NCBI GenBank assembly: GCA_963727505.1
Contig: CAVSGP010000004.1
Location: forward strand, 704,001 to 768,000
Length of the DNA stretch: 64,000 bases
Source of the DNA: an uncultured Trueperaceae bacterium
GTDB lineage: Bacteria; Deinococcota; Deinococci; Deinococcales; Trueperaceae
Reading direction: 5' to 3'
Made by a program: the position numbers and the translations under genes. Below are positions 16,622 through 26,703 of the stretch, one piece after another (positions within the stretch are counted from its first letter, which is position 1; every line of letters starts with the position of its first letter). The notes under the pieces are model-generated. The model worked only from the letters and a program-made list of their open reading frames with translations. It had not been told where the DNA came from and did not search any database.

Positions 16622-16891
16622 ATGCAGCGGACGCGCGCCGAACTCGAGGCCATGAGCCACGACGATCTCGTCAATCGCGTGCTGGAGTTCCAGGACATGC
16701 TGCGCGAGGGCCTGGCCGTGCGGGAATCGCTCCACTCGGTTCTGAACAGGATCCTCAACGCCAAGGAGGACGAGGTAGCGCGCTACGCCGACCTGCCTGC
16801 CTCCGAGCTCGCCAACGATCAGCTCGAGCTGAAACGCGCCTGGGAGGCGGCACGCCACGTCGTGTCGAACCCGCTGGGCCTGACGCGGTAA
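16622..16891 (+). CDS. Small helical hypothetical protein
   Basis: MQRTRAELEAMSHDDLV... ORF with GC-biased codon usage; TAGAGT box just upstream. Confidence 0.7.
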   Translation: MQRTRAELEAMSHDDLVNRVLEFQDMLREGLAVRESLHSVLNRILNAKEDEVARYADLPASELANDQLELKRAWEAARHVVSNPLGLTR

Positions 16892-16908
16892 GCGCTAGGG
16901 GGACCAGC

Positions 16909-17949
16909 ATGAAGGCCGTCGTCACGGCGCGGCACGGCGGCACCGAGGTCCTGCACTACCGTGACGTCCCCGTCCCGCAGCTCGGGCCGGGCGATGCGCT
17001 GGTGGAAGTGCGGGCCGCCGGCGTGAACAACACCGATATCAACCTGCGGCTCGGCTGGTACGCGTCGTCGGTGACGGGTCCCACCGAGGCCGCGAACGGC
17101 GAGGGCGGATGGAACCGTCCGCCGCCGTTCCCGCTGATCCAGGGCGCGGACGCCTGCGGCCGGGTCGTGGAGGTCGCCGCCGATGTCGACAACGAACTCG
17201 TGGGCCGCCGCGTGCTGGTGCGACCCTGTGTCCGGGAGCACGGGTTCGATTCCCCGGATACGCTGTGGATGGGCTCGGACTTCGACGGTGCCTTCGCGCA
17301 GTACGTGCGGGTCCGGGCCAGCGAGGTGTTCCCCGTCACGTGCGACTGGAGCGACACCGAGCTCGGAAGCGTCCCCTGCGCCTTCGGGACGGCCGAGGCC
17401 ATGCTGCACAGGGCGGGGGTGACGACCGGAGAGGTGGTGCTCGTCACGGGCGCGTCCGGGGGCGTGGGCTCGGCCACCGTCCAGCTGGCCCGGCGCCGCG
17501 GCGCCGAGGTGATCGCCGTGACCAGCGCCCGCAAGCGCTCGCGCGTGGAGCGGCTCGGCGCCGCCAGGGTGCTCGAGCGCTCGGCCGACCTGCCGGCGAC
17601 GCTGGGGGAGCGCTCGGTCGACGTGGTGGTGGACAACGTCGCGGGCGAGGGGTTCCCGTCCATGCTGAAGTTGCTGCGGCCCGGCGGCCGGCTGGTCAGC
17701 TCGGGCGCGATCGCCGGGCCGCGAGTGGAGTTCGACATGCGCGACCTCTACCTGAAGGACCTGAGCTTGCTCGGGAGCACCGCCTGGGACGAGGCCGTCT
17801 TCCCCGATCTGATCGGCGTCATCGAACGCGGCGAGATCCGACCGGTCCTCGAGCGGACCTACCCGCTGGCGTCGATCGTGGAGGCGCAAGAGGCGTTTCT
17901 GAGCAAGCGGCACGTCGGCAAGCTGGTATTGCTGCCCTGGGAGGACTGA
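16909..17949 (+). CDS. MDR-family alcohol dehydrogenase / quinone oxidoreductase
   Basis: GVNNTD, IQGADACG, VTGASGGVG, HVGKLVL. Confidence 0.9.
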   Translation: MKAVVTARHGGTEVLHYRDVPVPQLGPGDALVEVRAAGVNNTDINLRLGWYASSVTGPTEAANGEGGWNRPPPFPLIQGADACGRVVEVAADVDNELVGRRVLVRPCVREHGFDSPDTLWMGSDFDGAFAQYVRVRASEVFPVTCDWSDTELGSVPCAFGTAEAMLHRAGVTTGEVVLVTGASGGVGSATVQLARRRGAEVIAVTSARKRSRVERLGAARVLERSADLPATLGERSVDVVVDNVAGEGFPSMLKLLRPGGRLVSSGAIAGPRVEFDMRDLYLKDLSLLGSTAWDEAVFPDLIGVIERGEIRPVLERTYPLASIVEAQEAFLSKRHVGKLVLLPWED

Positions 17950-18067
17950 CGGCGCGTCGGGGTGGGAACGGCGCTCGGCGCCGCGGGCGAGCCGCGCAGC
18001 GCTGTACGCGCAACGGTGGTGCGGGGCGTGCGCCCGCACTCGAGCGCCGCGCTCGGTCGTCCAAGAA

Positions 18068-18095
18068 GAAGGCCCCGTCGTCGACGGGGCCCTTC
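18068..18095. terminator. Intrinsic terminator downstream of tRNA-Asn
   Basis: gccccgtcg/cgacggggc stem with a TTCTTCTT tail on the minus strand. Confidence 0.7.
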
Positions 18096-18097
18096 GT

Positions 18098-18172
18098 TGG
18101 CTCGGCGGGTAGGATTCGAACCTACGACCAATCGGTTAACAGCCGACCGCTCTACCACTGAGCTACCGCCGA
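18098..18172 (-). tRNA. tRNA-Asn(GTT)
   Basis: Minus strand TCGGCGG-TAGCTCAG...CTGTTAAC...GGTTCGAATCC...CCGCCGA-GCCA; promoter TTGCAC-N17-TAGACT at 18243-18215. Confidence 0.97.
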
Positions 18173-18328
18173 CCGCGCGCCCGGGGGCACGGAGCCCCGC
18201 CGAAAGCGAAGCGTAGTCTACCAGAGGCCGCAGGCCGGTGCAAGGCGCTTGCGTCGTGCCCGGGGCCGTTTCGGGGCGGGTCCGGGGCGCGCCGAACCGC
18301 CCCCGGAATCAGCCGGTAGGATGACGCC

Positions 18329-18667
18329 ATGACCCTCGACGAGTACCAGGCCCAGGCCCGCAGCACCGCCATCTATCCGGAGGAAGCGCGCGTGCTCTAC
18401 CCCACCCTCAAGCTGGCCGGCGAGGCGGGCGAGGTCGCCGAGAAGCTGGGCAAGCTGATGCGCGACGAAGGGCTGCTGCCAGGCGGCGAGCTCGACGACG
18501 GCCAGCGCGACGCGCTGGCCAAAGAGATCGGCGACGTGCTGTGGTACGTGGCGAACCTCGCCGCCGACCTGGGCCTGTCGCTGGAGGCGATCGGCCGCAC
18601 CAACCTCGACAAGCTCGCCAGCCGCCGCGACCGCGGCGTGCTGGGCGGTTCGGGCGACGAGCGCTGA
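18329..18667 (+). CDS. MazG-like nucleoside triphosphate pyrophosphohydrolase
   Basis: GEAGEVAEK...KEIGDVLWY...NLDKL.SR..RG..GSGD. Confidence 0.9.
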   Translation: MTLDEYQAQARSTAIYPEEARVLYPTLKLAGEAGEVAEKLGKLMRDEGLLPGGELDDGQRDALAKEIGDVLWYVANLAADLGLSLEAIGRTNLDKLASRRDRGVLGGSGDER

Positions 18668-18668
18668 G

Positions 18669-19007
18669 CTAACCGTCCAGCATCTGCGCGAGCACCCGGG
18701 CGTTGTTGTGGCGCTCGTCCCTGGCGGCGTAGACCAGCGTCACCGTGCCCTGACCGGCCAGCCGACGGAGCTCCGCCAGCGCCTCGGAGCCCCGGAGCTC
18801 GTCGCGGTAGCGCTCCGCGAAGGACTCGAAACGCGCCGGATCGTGGCCGAACCAGCGCCGCAGCTCGCTGGAAGGCGCCAGCTCGCGCGCCCACCACACC
18901 ACGGCGGCCGCCTCCTTCGACACGCCCCGCGGCCACATCCGGTCGACCAGCACGCGTTCGCCATCGCCCTCCTCGGGCGCCTCGTAGACCCGCTTCACCC
19001 GAACCAT
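18669..19007 (-). CDS. DUF488/YeaO-family protein
   Basis: VKRVYE...RVLVDRMWPRGVSKE, LAPSSELRRWF.HDP, HNNA.VL. Confidence 0.88.
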   Translation of the reverse strand: MVRVKRVYEAPEEGDGERVLVDRMWPRGVSKEAAAVVWWARELAPSSELRRWFGHDPARFESFAERYRDELRGSEALAELRRLAGQGTVTLVYAARDERHNNARVLAQMLDG

Positions 19008-19043
19008 GCCCCACGCTACCCGAGGCTCCGGTAGGCTCGGGTC

Positions 19044-20156
19044 ATGCGCATCGCTCCCTTCCGCATCGAGCAGTACTACGCCAGGTTCGAGTTCAGCGCA
19101 GGCTTCATGCTGTCGAACTCCGACGCCGAGAGCCGCAGCGTCGGCGAGTTGCTGGCCCTCGAGGAGGGCGCCCTGGAGCGCTTCTCCGAGCAGCGCCTGG
19201 GCTACACCGAGGCGCCCGGCTCGCCCGCTCTGCGCCACCAGGTCGCCCGCGTCTACGACACCCTCGAGCCCGAGGACGCGCTGGTGTGCTCGAGCGCGGA
19301 GGAAGGGATCTTCCTGCTCTACCACGCCCTGCTCGGGCCGGGCGACCACGCCGTGGTGGAGACGCCCTGCTACGAGTCCGCCCTGCAGCTCGCGCGCAGT
19401 ACCGGTGCCGAGGTGAGCGTGTGGCAGCGCTACGCCGAGGACGACTGGGAGCACGACCTCGACCGGCTCGAGGGGCTGCTGCGGCCGAACACCCGGGTCG
19501 TGTACATCAACACCCCGCACAACCCCACCGGCCTGCTCATGCCGCGCCCGGTCTACGAGCGCGTCCTGGCCCTGGGCCGTGAGCGCGGAATCACGGTCTT
19601 CTGCGACGAGGTCTACCGCGAGCTCGAGCACGACCCCGCCGATCGCCTCCCGGCCGCCTGCGATCTCAGCGACAGCGCGGTGTCGCTCGGCTCGGTGTCG
19701 AAGACCTACGGCCTTCCCGGGTTGCGCCTCGGCTGGCTCGCCAGCAAGGACCGGGACCTGCTCCAGCGCGTGCTGGAGCTGAAGTACTACACCACCATCT
19801 GCAGCCCCGCTCCGAGCGAGTTCCTCACCGAGCTGGCGCTACGGCACCGGGAGGCGTTGGCGGACCGCAACCTGACCATCGTGAAGCGCAATCTGCCGCT
19901 GCTGGAGGCCTTCCTGGCCCGGCACGCCGACCTCTTCGCCTGGGTGCATCCGAACGCCAGCCCCATCGGCTTCCTGCGGTACCTGGGGCCCGACGACGTG
20001 CAGACCTTCTGCGAGCGGGTGGTCCGGGACGCGGACGTGCTGCTGCTGCCGGGCACGGTCTACGACGAGCCGGGCCACCTCCGCGTGGGCTACGGTCGGG
20101 CCAACATGCCCGAGGCGCTGGAGCGCTTGGAGACGTTCCTGACGGGCCCTACCTGA
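19044..20156 (+). CDS. PLP-dependent aminotransferase class I/II
   Basis: PHNPTG, CDEVY, SVSKTYGLPGLRLGW. Confidence 0.92.
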   Translation: MRIAPFRIEQYYARFEFSAGFMLSNSDAESRSVGELLALEEGALERFSEQRLGYTEAPGSPALRHQVARVYDTLEPEDALVCSSAEEGIFLLYHALLGPGDHAVVETPCYESALQLARSTGAEVSVWQRYAEDDWEHDLDRLEGLLRPNTRVVYINTPHNPTGLLMPRPVYERVLALGRERGITVFCDEVYRELEHDPADRLPAACDLSDSAVSLGSVSKTYGLPGLRLGWLASKDRDLLQRVLELKYYTTICSPAPSEFLTELALRHREALADRNLTIVKRNLPLLEAFLARHADLFAWVHPNASPIGFLRYLGPDDVQTFCERVVRDADVLLLPGTVYDEPGHLRVGYGRANMPEALERLETFLTGPT

Positions 20157-20203
20157 CCGGCCGTTCCTGCCGAACCGTGCCCGATGAGCCGTGCCTGCAG
20201 GAC

Positions 20204-20240
20204 CGGCCTGAGCGAGACGCGGCCTGAGCGAGACGCGGCC
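20204..20240 (+). repeat. 16-bp tandem repeat (cggcctgagcgagacg, about 2.3 copies)
   Basis: Direct reading; intergenic. Confidence 0.85.
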
Positions 20241-20301
20241 GCCCGCAGCCGATGAGGCAGCGCCCACAGGGCGCAACGCGCGCGCCGAGTAGCATCGCAG
20301 C

Positions 20302-22404
20302 ATGGGACACCGTGTCTGCAGGGGAATTCGGAACGTGTTGCTGGCGGCGGCCTGGATCGCCGCCATGTCACCAGGAGCGTTCGCGCAGGACGCCGCCGCA
20401 CAGCCCGACGCGGCTCCGCCGGCGCATCTTCCGGTGACGAGAGTGGTGCTGTTCACCACCGGGGTCGGCTACTTCGAGCACAGCGGCACCGTTACCGGAA
20501 CGCAACAGCTCGACCTGCCGGTGGCGGCGGATCAGATGGACGATCTGCTGCAGAGCCTGGTGGTGCAGGACCTGGACGGCGGAACGGTACGTCCTGTGCG
20601 CTACGCGTCGCAGGACCCGCTCGGCCGCGTGCTCGCCGGCTACGCACTCGACCTGTCGAACGACCCCACGCTGGCGCAGCTCCTGGCGCAGGCGCGCGGG
20701 GAGACCGTTCACCTGGAAGCGGGCCAACCGCTGGACGGCACCATCGTCAACGTCGAGCGCGTGCCGGCGCAGGACGGGCCGCCCACCACCTTCCTCACCA
20801 TTCTGAGCGCGAGCGGGCTGCAGCGCGTCGGCCTCGACGAGGTGCGCAGCGTGCGCTTCGCCAGCGCCTCGCTGCAGGCCGATCTGGAGGCGGCCCTCGG
20901 GACCATCGCCCGCTACCGCGGGCACGCCGCGGGCAGCGTGCGGATCCTGTTCTCCGGCGACGGCACGCGCCGCGTGCGCGTAGGCTACGTGCGCGAGATG
21001 CCGGTCTGGAAGACGAGCTACCGCCTGGTGCTCGGTGCCGACGGCACCGCCGACCTCCAGGGCTGGGCCATCGTCGACAACCCCACTGACGTCGATCTCA
21101 CCGGCGTCCGGATGGCGTTCGTAGCCGGAAGGCCGATCTCCTTCGTGACCAACCTCTACGATCCGATCTACCTGCAGCGCCCGCACGTGTCGCTCGACCT
21201 CGCACAGAACCTCGTCCCGCAGGCCTACGCCGGCGACAGCGCGCCTGCGGCCAAGAGCGCGGATCGCGCCATGACACAGAGCGCCGCGCCCGGGATGGCC
21301 GAGAGCGCGGTGGGCGGGCTGGCCCCGGCGCCGTCGGCACCGCGGCTCAGCGGCGCCGGGGTGGCCGCCATGGCCCAGGGCACGGCCTCCGGCGCGACCT
21401 TCACGTACGAAGTGCGCCAGCCGGTGACGGTGGCCCGACACGAGTCCGCCATGATCCCCATCGTGCTGAAGTCGGTGCCGGCGCGGCGCCTGTCGGTGTT
21501 CGACCCGTCGGTGCTGGCCTCGCACCCGCTGCGCGGCGTACGGCTCACCAACGATACCGGCCTCCACCTGGCCGCGGGACCGGTGACGGTGTTCGACAGC
21601 GCCGGCTTCACCGGCGACACCCGGTTCACCGACATCGTGCCGGGCGACGATCGGTTGCTGACCTACGCCGTCGACCTGGGCGTGGACGTGACCACCGAGG
21701 GATCGAGCGAACCGGAGCGCGTCACCGCGGTCGCGCTGGTCGATGGCGCCGTCGCGACGACCACCAAGCAGCGCGTTCGCACCACCTACACCCTCAGCGC
21801 TCGCGACGGCGAGGCGCGCTTCGTGGTGATCGCCCATCCCAAGCGCCCGGGCTACGATCTCGTCGCGCCGGCCTCGGCGGCCGAGACCCCGGCGAGCTAC
21901 CGCCTCGGCGTGGCCCTCGCCGCCGCCGACGGCACGACGCCGGAAGGCGACACCACCGTCCCCACCTCGGCACGTTGCGATGCGAAGGGACCGTGCTCCC
22001 TCGAGGTGGTCCTGGAGCGCACCGTGCATCGCTCGGTGGCCGTCTCCAACGTGTCGAGCGGCGACATCGCGTACTACCTGAGCAACGTCGATCTCAGCAG
22101 CCAGGACCGCGCCACCTTGCGCCAGGTGCTCGACCTCAAGCGCCAGATCGCGGCCCTCGACAGCAACCTCGCCGAGCGCCGTTCGCACATCGACGCCATC
22201 TTCCAGGACCAGAGCCGCATCCGCCAGAACATGGCTGCCCTCGACCGGAACAGCTCCCTGTACAAGCGCTACGCATCGGACCTCGAGCAGCAGGAGAACC
22301 AGCTCCAGACGCTCCGCAGCGAACTGGACGACCTGCAGGCGCAGCGGAGCACCCGGCAGGGCCAGCTCGACGCCCTGTTGCGCTCGCTGGGAGGGGGCTC
22401 CTGA
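20302..22404 (+). CDS. Secreted DUF4139-like protein with C-terminal coiled coil
   Basis: Signal peptide; LPVTRVVLF..GVGYFE, PVWKTSYRL, LQGWAIVDN; C-terminal DQSRIRQN coiled coil. Confidence 0.75.
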   Translation: MGHRVCRGIRNVLLAAAWIAAMSPGAFAQDAAAQPDAAPPAHLPVTRVVLFTTGVGYFEHSGTVTGTQQLDLPVAADQMDDLLQSLVVQDLDGGTVRPVRYASQDPLGRVLAGYALDLSNDPTLAQLLAQARGETVHLEAGQPLDGTIVNVERVPAQDGPPTTFLTILSASGLQRVGLDEVRSVRFASASLQADLEAALGTIARYRGHAAGSVRILFSGDGTRRVRVGYVREMPVWKTSYRLVLGADGTADLQGWAIVDNPTDVDLTGVRMAFVAGRPISFVTNLYDPIYLQRPHVSLDLAQNLVPQAYAGDSAPAAKSADRAMTQSAAPGMAESAVGGLAPAPSAPRLSGAGVAAMAQGTASGATFTYEVRQPVTVARHESAMIPIVLKSVPARRLSVFDPSVLASHPLRGVRLTNDTGLHLAAGPVTVFDSAGFTGDTRFTDIVPGDDRLLTYAVDLGVDVTTEGSSEPERVTAVALVDGAVATTTKQRVRTTYTLSARDGEARFVVIAHPKRPGYDLVAPASAAETPASYRLGVALAAADGTTPEGDTTVPTSARCDAKGPCSLEVVLERTVHRSVAVSNVSSGDIAYYLSNVDLSSQDRATLRQVLDLKRQIAALDSNLAERRSHIDAIFQDQSRIRQNMAALDRNSSLYKRYASDLEQQENQLQTLRSELDDLQAQRSTRQGQLDALLRSLGGGS

Positions 22405-22490
22405 CGGTCCCCGGCGTCCTACCTTGACGCAGGTCCGCCCACGGCAGTCGCCGTGGGCGGACCCCCTTGTGGAGGGGCGCTAGTGGGGCA

Positions 22491-25400
22491 TCACCCGCAC
22501 TTGGAGTAGCCGCAACTCTCGCACTTCTGGCAGCCCTCCTCGAAGCGCAGCGGGGCGCCGCAGTCGGGGCAGGCCTTGCCGCGATTGAGGACGTTCTCGG
22601 CACCCGCCGTCTCCAGCGCGACGGCCAGCAGGTCGGCCTTCGACGCCACGAGGCGACCATGGTAGCTGCCGTACATGCCGCCGTTGATGCCGCGCAGCGT
22701 CTTGATGAGGGCCTCGGCGGGCACGCCGTATTGCAGTGCGATCGACACCACCCGTCCCAGCGCCTCGCTGTCCGCGTTGGCTTCGTCCCCGGCCTTGCCC
22801 GAGACGATGAAGACCTCGGTGGCGAGCCCGTCCTGCTTGTTGACGGTCACGAAGAACCCCCGCTTCTCGCCGTTGGGGAGCATCAGCTTCACGGCATCGG
22901 TGAAACCGGGGAGTCGCAGCGGTCGCTCGAACAGCGGTTCGCTCGGTAGCCGGTCGACGCGCGGGTCGGCCGACGCGCTCGCGCCGTGCGCGACGCCGGC
23001 CGTGCCGGGAACGGTCGAGGCGACCGTCGCTGCGGACAGCGTGCCGCCCGTCGCGGACCCGTCGTCTTCCTTCTTGACGGCCTGGGTGGAGAGCACCTGG
23101 AACTCGCGCGAGCCGTCCCGATAGACGGTGATGCCCTTGCAGCCGGTCTCGAAGGCCAGCCCGTAGGCGTCGAAGACGTCCTGCGCGGACGCGTGCTTGG
23201 GCAGGTTGATGGTCTTGCTGATGGAGTTGGCGACCTGCTTGCCACCGTCGAACGCCTGCTGTACGACCCCCTGCATCCGCACGTGATCGGCCGGCGCGAT
23301 GTCGTGCGCACACATCAGGACGGTCTTGACGGCATCGGGGACGAAGTCGAGCCCCTGCACGCTGCCGTGGTTGGCCTGCACGGCCTCGACCACCTTGTCC
23401 CAGTCCCAGCCGCCTTCGCCGGCGTAGTCGGGGTGCGCGGCGTGCTCCTCCATCAACTCCCGGAACAGCGGATGGACCAGCGCGGCGTAGTCGCTTCCGA
23501 TCTTGCGATAGATGAACGGCGCGAACACCGGCTCCACGCCCGAGGACACCCCCATCAACATGCTGGTGGTCCCGGTGGGTGCGACGGTCAGCACGGCGAT
23601 GTTGCGGCGGGGTGTGTCCAGCCCGCTCTCGGGGAACAGCGGGAAGGGAGCGCGCTCCTCGGCCAGACCTTCACTGGCCTCGGTGGCCGCCTCACGCAAC
23701 TCGGTGATCATGGCGTGCACGGCGTCGCGCCCCTCGTCCGTGTTGTAGGCGTAGCCCATGCGGATGAGCGCGTCGGCCAGCCCCATCACGCCGAGTCCCA
23801 GGCGGCGCAGCTTCATGCTCATGGCGCGGTTGTCCTCGAGGGCGAAGCGGTTCACCTCGAGAACGTTGTCCAGGAAGCGCACGCAGGTGCCCACGTCCGC
23901 GCGGAAAGCTCGGCGGTCGAAGCCGTCCATCCCGCGTCCGGACTCGCGCACGTAGGCGGCGAGGTTCATCGCGCCCAGGTCGCAGGGCTCGCCGGGGTAC
24001 AGCGGGATCTCCCCGCAGTTGTGCGCCCGAAGCCCGTTGGCATCGAACTCGTGGACGTGCTCGACGATCACGTCGTACACCTGCTCCTCGCCGTCAGCCT
24101 CGATCGCGACGACCTCGTCGACGAAGCGTTCGCGGTTGAGGCGCCGCCGGTAGCCGGCGAGCAGGCTGTCGAGCCGCTCCTGCTTGGCGCCATCCGAGAA
24201 GCCCGCCCGGCTCGCGAAGACCTCGAGGTTGCTGCCGCTCACGACGAGCTCGTGCTGGGCCGTGGTGCGGTAGGCGCGCCGGCCGCCGCGACCGTCGGGC
24301 AGCACGCTCGTGCCCTCCGGACGGCGTTCCGTGTAGATGGTCGACACTACGCCCAGCCGGGCCAGCATGCGCTGCACACGCCGGAGCGTATCGAGGTTCG
24401 ATTGCGCCAGACGCACGCTCACCCCTTTGCGCTGGCTGCCCTGCACCGACCCATCGGCGTCGAACAGGCCCCGAAGAACGCCGATCGTGAAGGCGCTGCT
24501 CGCGCCCTCCACGGCGTCCGTGATGCCCTTGGCCCCACGGGCCAGCCCGAAGCGCCGAGCGAGCTGCCCCAGCGTCCGGGAGGCGACGCGGGCCCGGCCC
24601 TCCCCGGTCGTGACCCAGACCTTGGCGAGCGGATGGCCGATGCCGCGGAGCAGGCCGGCGGCTGCCTCCGCGCGCTCGCCGGCGTCCTCGCCCCAGAAGT
24701 CGAGCGCCGCCATGCCCTCCTTGTCGGTCAGGAAGGTACCGTCCCCCACGAGCATGCCCAGTGCCCACCCCTCGGCTTCAGTGCCGGGGCCGGACCACGG
24801 CGCTGCCGAACGCTGGTCGGCGAGAGCGATGCGGTCCCCCACCGCCAGCGATCCGGCCTCCTCCCACGTGCTCTCCAACGCATAACGCGTGAGCCGCGTG
24901 ATCTTGCGCAGGGGATGGTCGGCGGTGAGCCGCAGCTGGAAGCCTCTGCGGGTGCGCACCCGCAGGATTGGCTTGACCCCCGTCGGGAAGAAGCCGCTGG
25001 ACTCCAGGCCGTAGCGCTCGCCATCGACGACAGCACAGAAGTCGCGCCCCACTAGATCGCCCACGCGGCGCGCGCCCATGTGCGTGGTCACCCAGGTGTC
25101 GGCCGTGACGCAGGGGTTGGTGGCCTTGATGTCACCCATCGCCTCGCGCATCGGATTGAACTCGTTGATGCGGTCCACGTAGATCAGCCCGGGCTCACCG
25201 GTCTGCCAGGCGTGCCGCGCGATGTCCTCGAGGACGTCGCCGCCCTCGCGCGCGATGCTCTGCCGCATGAAGGCGTCACTCACGAGCACCGAAATGTTGA
25301 AGGTGCTGATATCCCCCTCGGCCTGCTCGCGCTCCAGGTCCTTGGCGGTGATGAAGTCGCGCACGTCGGGGTGCGTGATGGAGATGGTGGCCATGCCGGC

Positions 25401-26279
25401 ACCGCGGCGCGTGCCGCCCTGCCGGATCACGCGCAGCGTGGGCGCGAAGACGTAGCGCAGGGTCGCCACCGGCCCCGCGAAGTCGGCGCCGCCGAGACCC
25501 GCCCAGATGGCGAAGTTGTCGAACACCTCGACCGCGAAGCTGGAGGGGCCGCTGGAGCTTCCGCCCGAGCCCTGCACCGGCGTGCCCTCGGGACGCAACG
25601 CACTCAGGTCGAGCACGACGTCGTCGCCGCGAAGCAACGCGGCGATCATGGCGGTGCCTCCCTGCCAGATGCTCTCCACCGAGTCGCCGACGGTCTCGAG
25701 CTGGCCGCCCGAGGGGGCGTCCTGGCGCTCCACGAAGGTGGCGGCCCGGTACCCGCGCGTGACGTACTCGCCGCGCACCAGATCGAAGAAGGTGCCGCTA
25801 CGGACCTTCTCGTAGTCGTCGTGCGCAGGATCGATGGTGAGGAAGAGCCGCCCGCAGCGACCCGTGAAGGCACGCTTGGGCCGGATCGGGTCGAGGTTCA
25901 GGCCGTTGCCGCCGCCCACCTTGGTGACCAGCGCGAGCTTGGTCGCGAGCCGCATGACCCAGGGGGTGGTCGCAGGGCGCTCGGGGCTGCCGTCCTGCAC
26001 GAAGCAGTTCAGAACGTTGCCGTGACCGGTGGCAGCGCCGGCGAGCACGCGCCCGCCCGGACAGAAGCGCTTGCTCGCCATCAGGTCGTAGAAGCGCTCG
26101 GACATGTCCGCCCGCACGTTCTCGCCCTCGGGGCTGGCCACCCAGCTCGCGACGCGCGCGAACATGTCCTCCAGCGTCCCGTCGCCCGGCTGGAAGTACT
26201 GCCGCTTGGCGATCGCCCGCGCATGATCGTCGAAGCCCGCGAGGGTGCCTGCTTCGTGGGGCGTACGTGCTCTGGCCAC
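22491..26279 (-). CDS. nrdJ: Adenosylcobalamin-dependent (class II) ribonucleotide reductase containing an intein
   Basis: NCFV, QGGTRRGAGM, TNP[intein]CGEIPL, RRLGLGVMG, APTGT, SISKTIN, KGITVYRDGSR; C-terminal Zn ribbon. Confidence 0.95.
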   Translation of the reverse strand: MARARTPHEAGTLAGFDDHARAIAKRQYFQPGDGTLEDMFARVASWVASPEGENVRADMSERFYDLMASKRFCPGGRVLAGAATGHGNVLNCFVQDGSPERPATTPWVMRLATKLALVTKVGGGNGLNLDPIRPKRAFTGRCGRLFLTIDPAHDDYEKVRSGTFFDLVRGEYVTRGYRAATFVERQDAPSGGQLETVGDSVESIWQGGTAMIAALLRGDDVVLDLSALRPEGTPVQGSGGSSSGPSSFAVEVFDNFAIWAGLGGADFAGPVATLRYVFAPTLRVIRQGGTRRGAGMATISITHPDVRDFITAKDLEREQAEGDISTFNISVLVSDAFMRQSIAREGGDVLEDIARHAWQTGEPGLIYVDRINEFNPMREAMGDIKATNPCVTADTWVTTHMGARRVGDLVGRDFCAVVDGERYGLESSGFFPTGVKPILRVRTRRGFQLRLTADHPLRKITRLTRYALESTWEEAGSLAVGDRIALADQRSAAPWSGPGTEAEGWALGMLVGDGTFLTDKEGMAALDFWGEDAGERAEAAAGLLRGIGHPLAKVWVTTGEGRARVASRTLGQLARRFGLARGAKGITDAVEGASSAFTIGVLRGLFDADGSVQGSQRKGVSVRLAQSNLDTLRRVQRMLARLGVVSTIYTERRPEGTSVLPDGRGGRRAYRTTAQHELVVSGSNLEVFASRAGFSDGAKQERLDSLLAGYRRRLNRERFVDEVVAIEADGEEQVYDVIVEHVHEFDANGLRAHNCGEIPLYPGEPCDLGAMNLAAYVRESGRGMDGFDRRAFRADVGTCVRFLDNVLEVNRFALEDNRAMSMKLRRLGLGVMGLADALIRMGYAYNTDEGRDAVHAMITELREAATEASEGLAEERAPFPLFPESGLDTPRRNIAVLTVAPTGTTSMLMGVSSGVEPVFAPFIYRKIGSDYAALVHPLFRELMEEHAAHPDYAGEGGWDWDKVVEAVQANHGSVQGLDFVPDAVKTVLMCAHDIAPADHVRMQGVVQQAFDGGKQVANSISKTINLPKHASAQDVFDAYGLAFETGCKGITVYRDGSREFQVLSTQAVKKEDDGSATGGTLSAATVASTVPGTAGVAHGASASADPRVDRLPSEPLFERPLRLPGFTDAVKLMLPNGEKRGFFVTVNKQDGLATEVFIVSGKAGDEANADSEALGRVVSIALQYGVPAEALIKTLRGINGGMYGSYHGRLVASKADLLAVALETAGAENVLNRGKACPDCGAPLRFEEGCQKCESCGYSKCG
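24018..25112 (-). mobile_element. 365-aa intein with LAGLIDADG homing endonuclease
   Basis: Starts CVTADT, block B TADHP, LGMLVGDG and LRGLFDADG motifs, ends VYD...HEFDANGLRAHN/C. Confidence 0.95.
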
Positions 26280-26371
26280 AATCGTCCTCCCTGTCCCGAG
26301 AGCGTCCGATGACGCTCGAGAAGGCTGTCTCCCCTGTTTGGCGGCGCCCCGAGCGCCGCACCCTATCGATC

Positions 26372-26416
26372 AGCTAGATATTGTCTATTGACGCTAGCAA
26401 GATACAACATGTTGTC
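26372..26416. promoter_or_regulatory. Tandem NrdR boxes upstream of nrdJ
   Basis: CAATATCTAG (minus strand, 26374-26383) and CAACATGTTG (26405-26414); centres 31 bp apart; match CwAtATaTwG. Confidence 0.8.
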
Positions 26417-26703
26417 ATGGTAAGCGGTTTCACACCGCTCGGACGCTGCGCCGGCCGACCTGCGCCGACCCCCCGCTCACGCCCCTTCTCCCGAACCCCA
26501 ACCTATCACCGCGAGCGGGGCGCTTCAAGGGTTCACACCCATCATGTGGGGATGTGAACGCCCGTGCATACCACATCTTGTATGCACGGGCGTTGCGGCC
26601 CCGAGGGTTGGCGGCCAGGAGCACCGCCCAGGCGGGAACTCGTCGGTCCGGTCCGTTCGAGCGGTCGCCATGGGGCTACCACATGTGGTACCCGCGACCG
26701 TCG

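Noticed and set aside
20204..20240. 16-bp tandem repeat as a regulatory array
   Set aside because: Only about two copies and no further evidence of function
26280..26703. Cobalamin riboswitch upstream of nrdJ
   Set aside because: No B12-box or GGGAA/GCCACUG core; the palindromes fit NrdR boxes better
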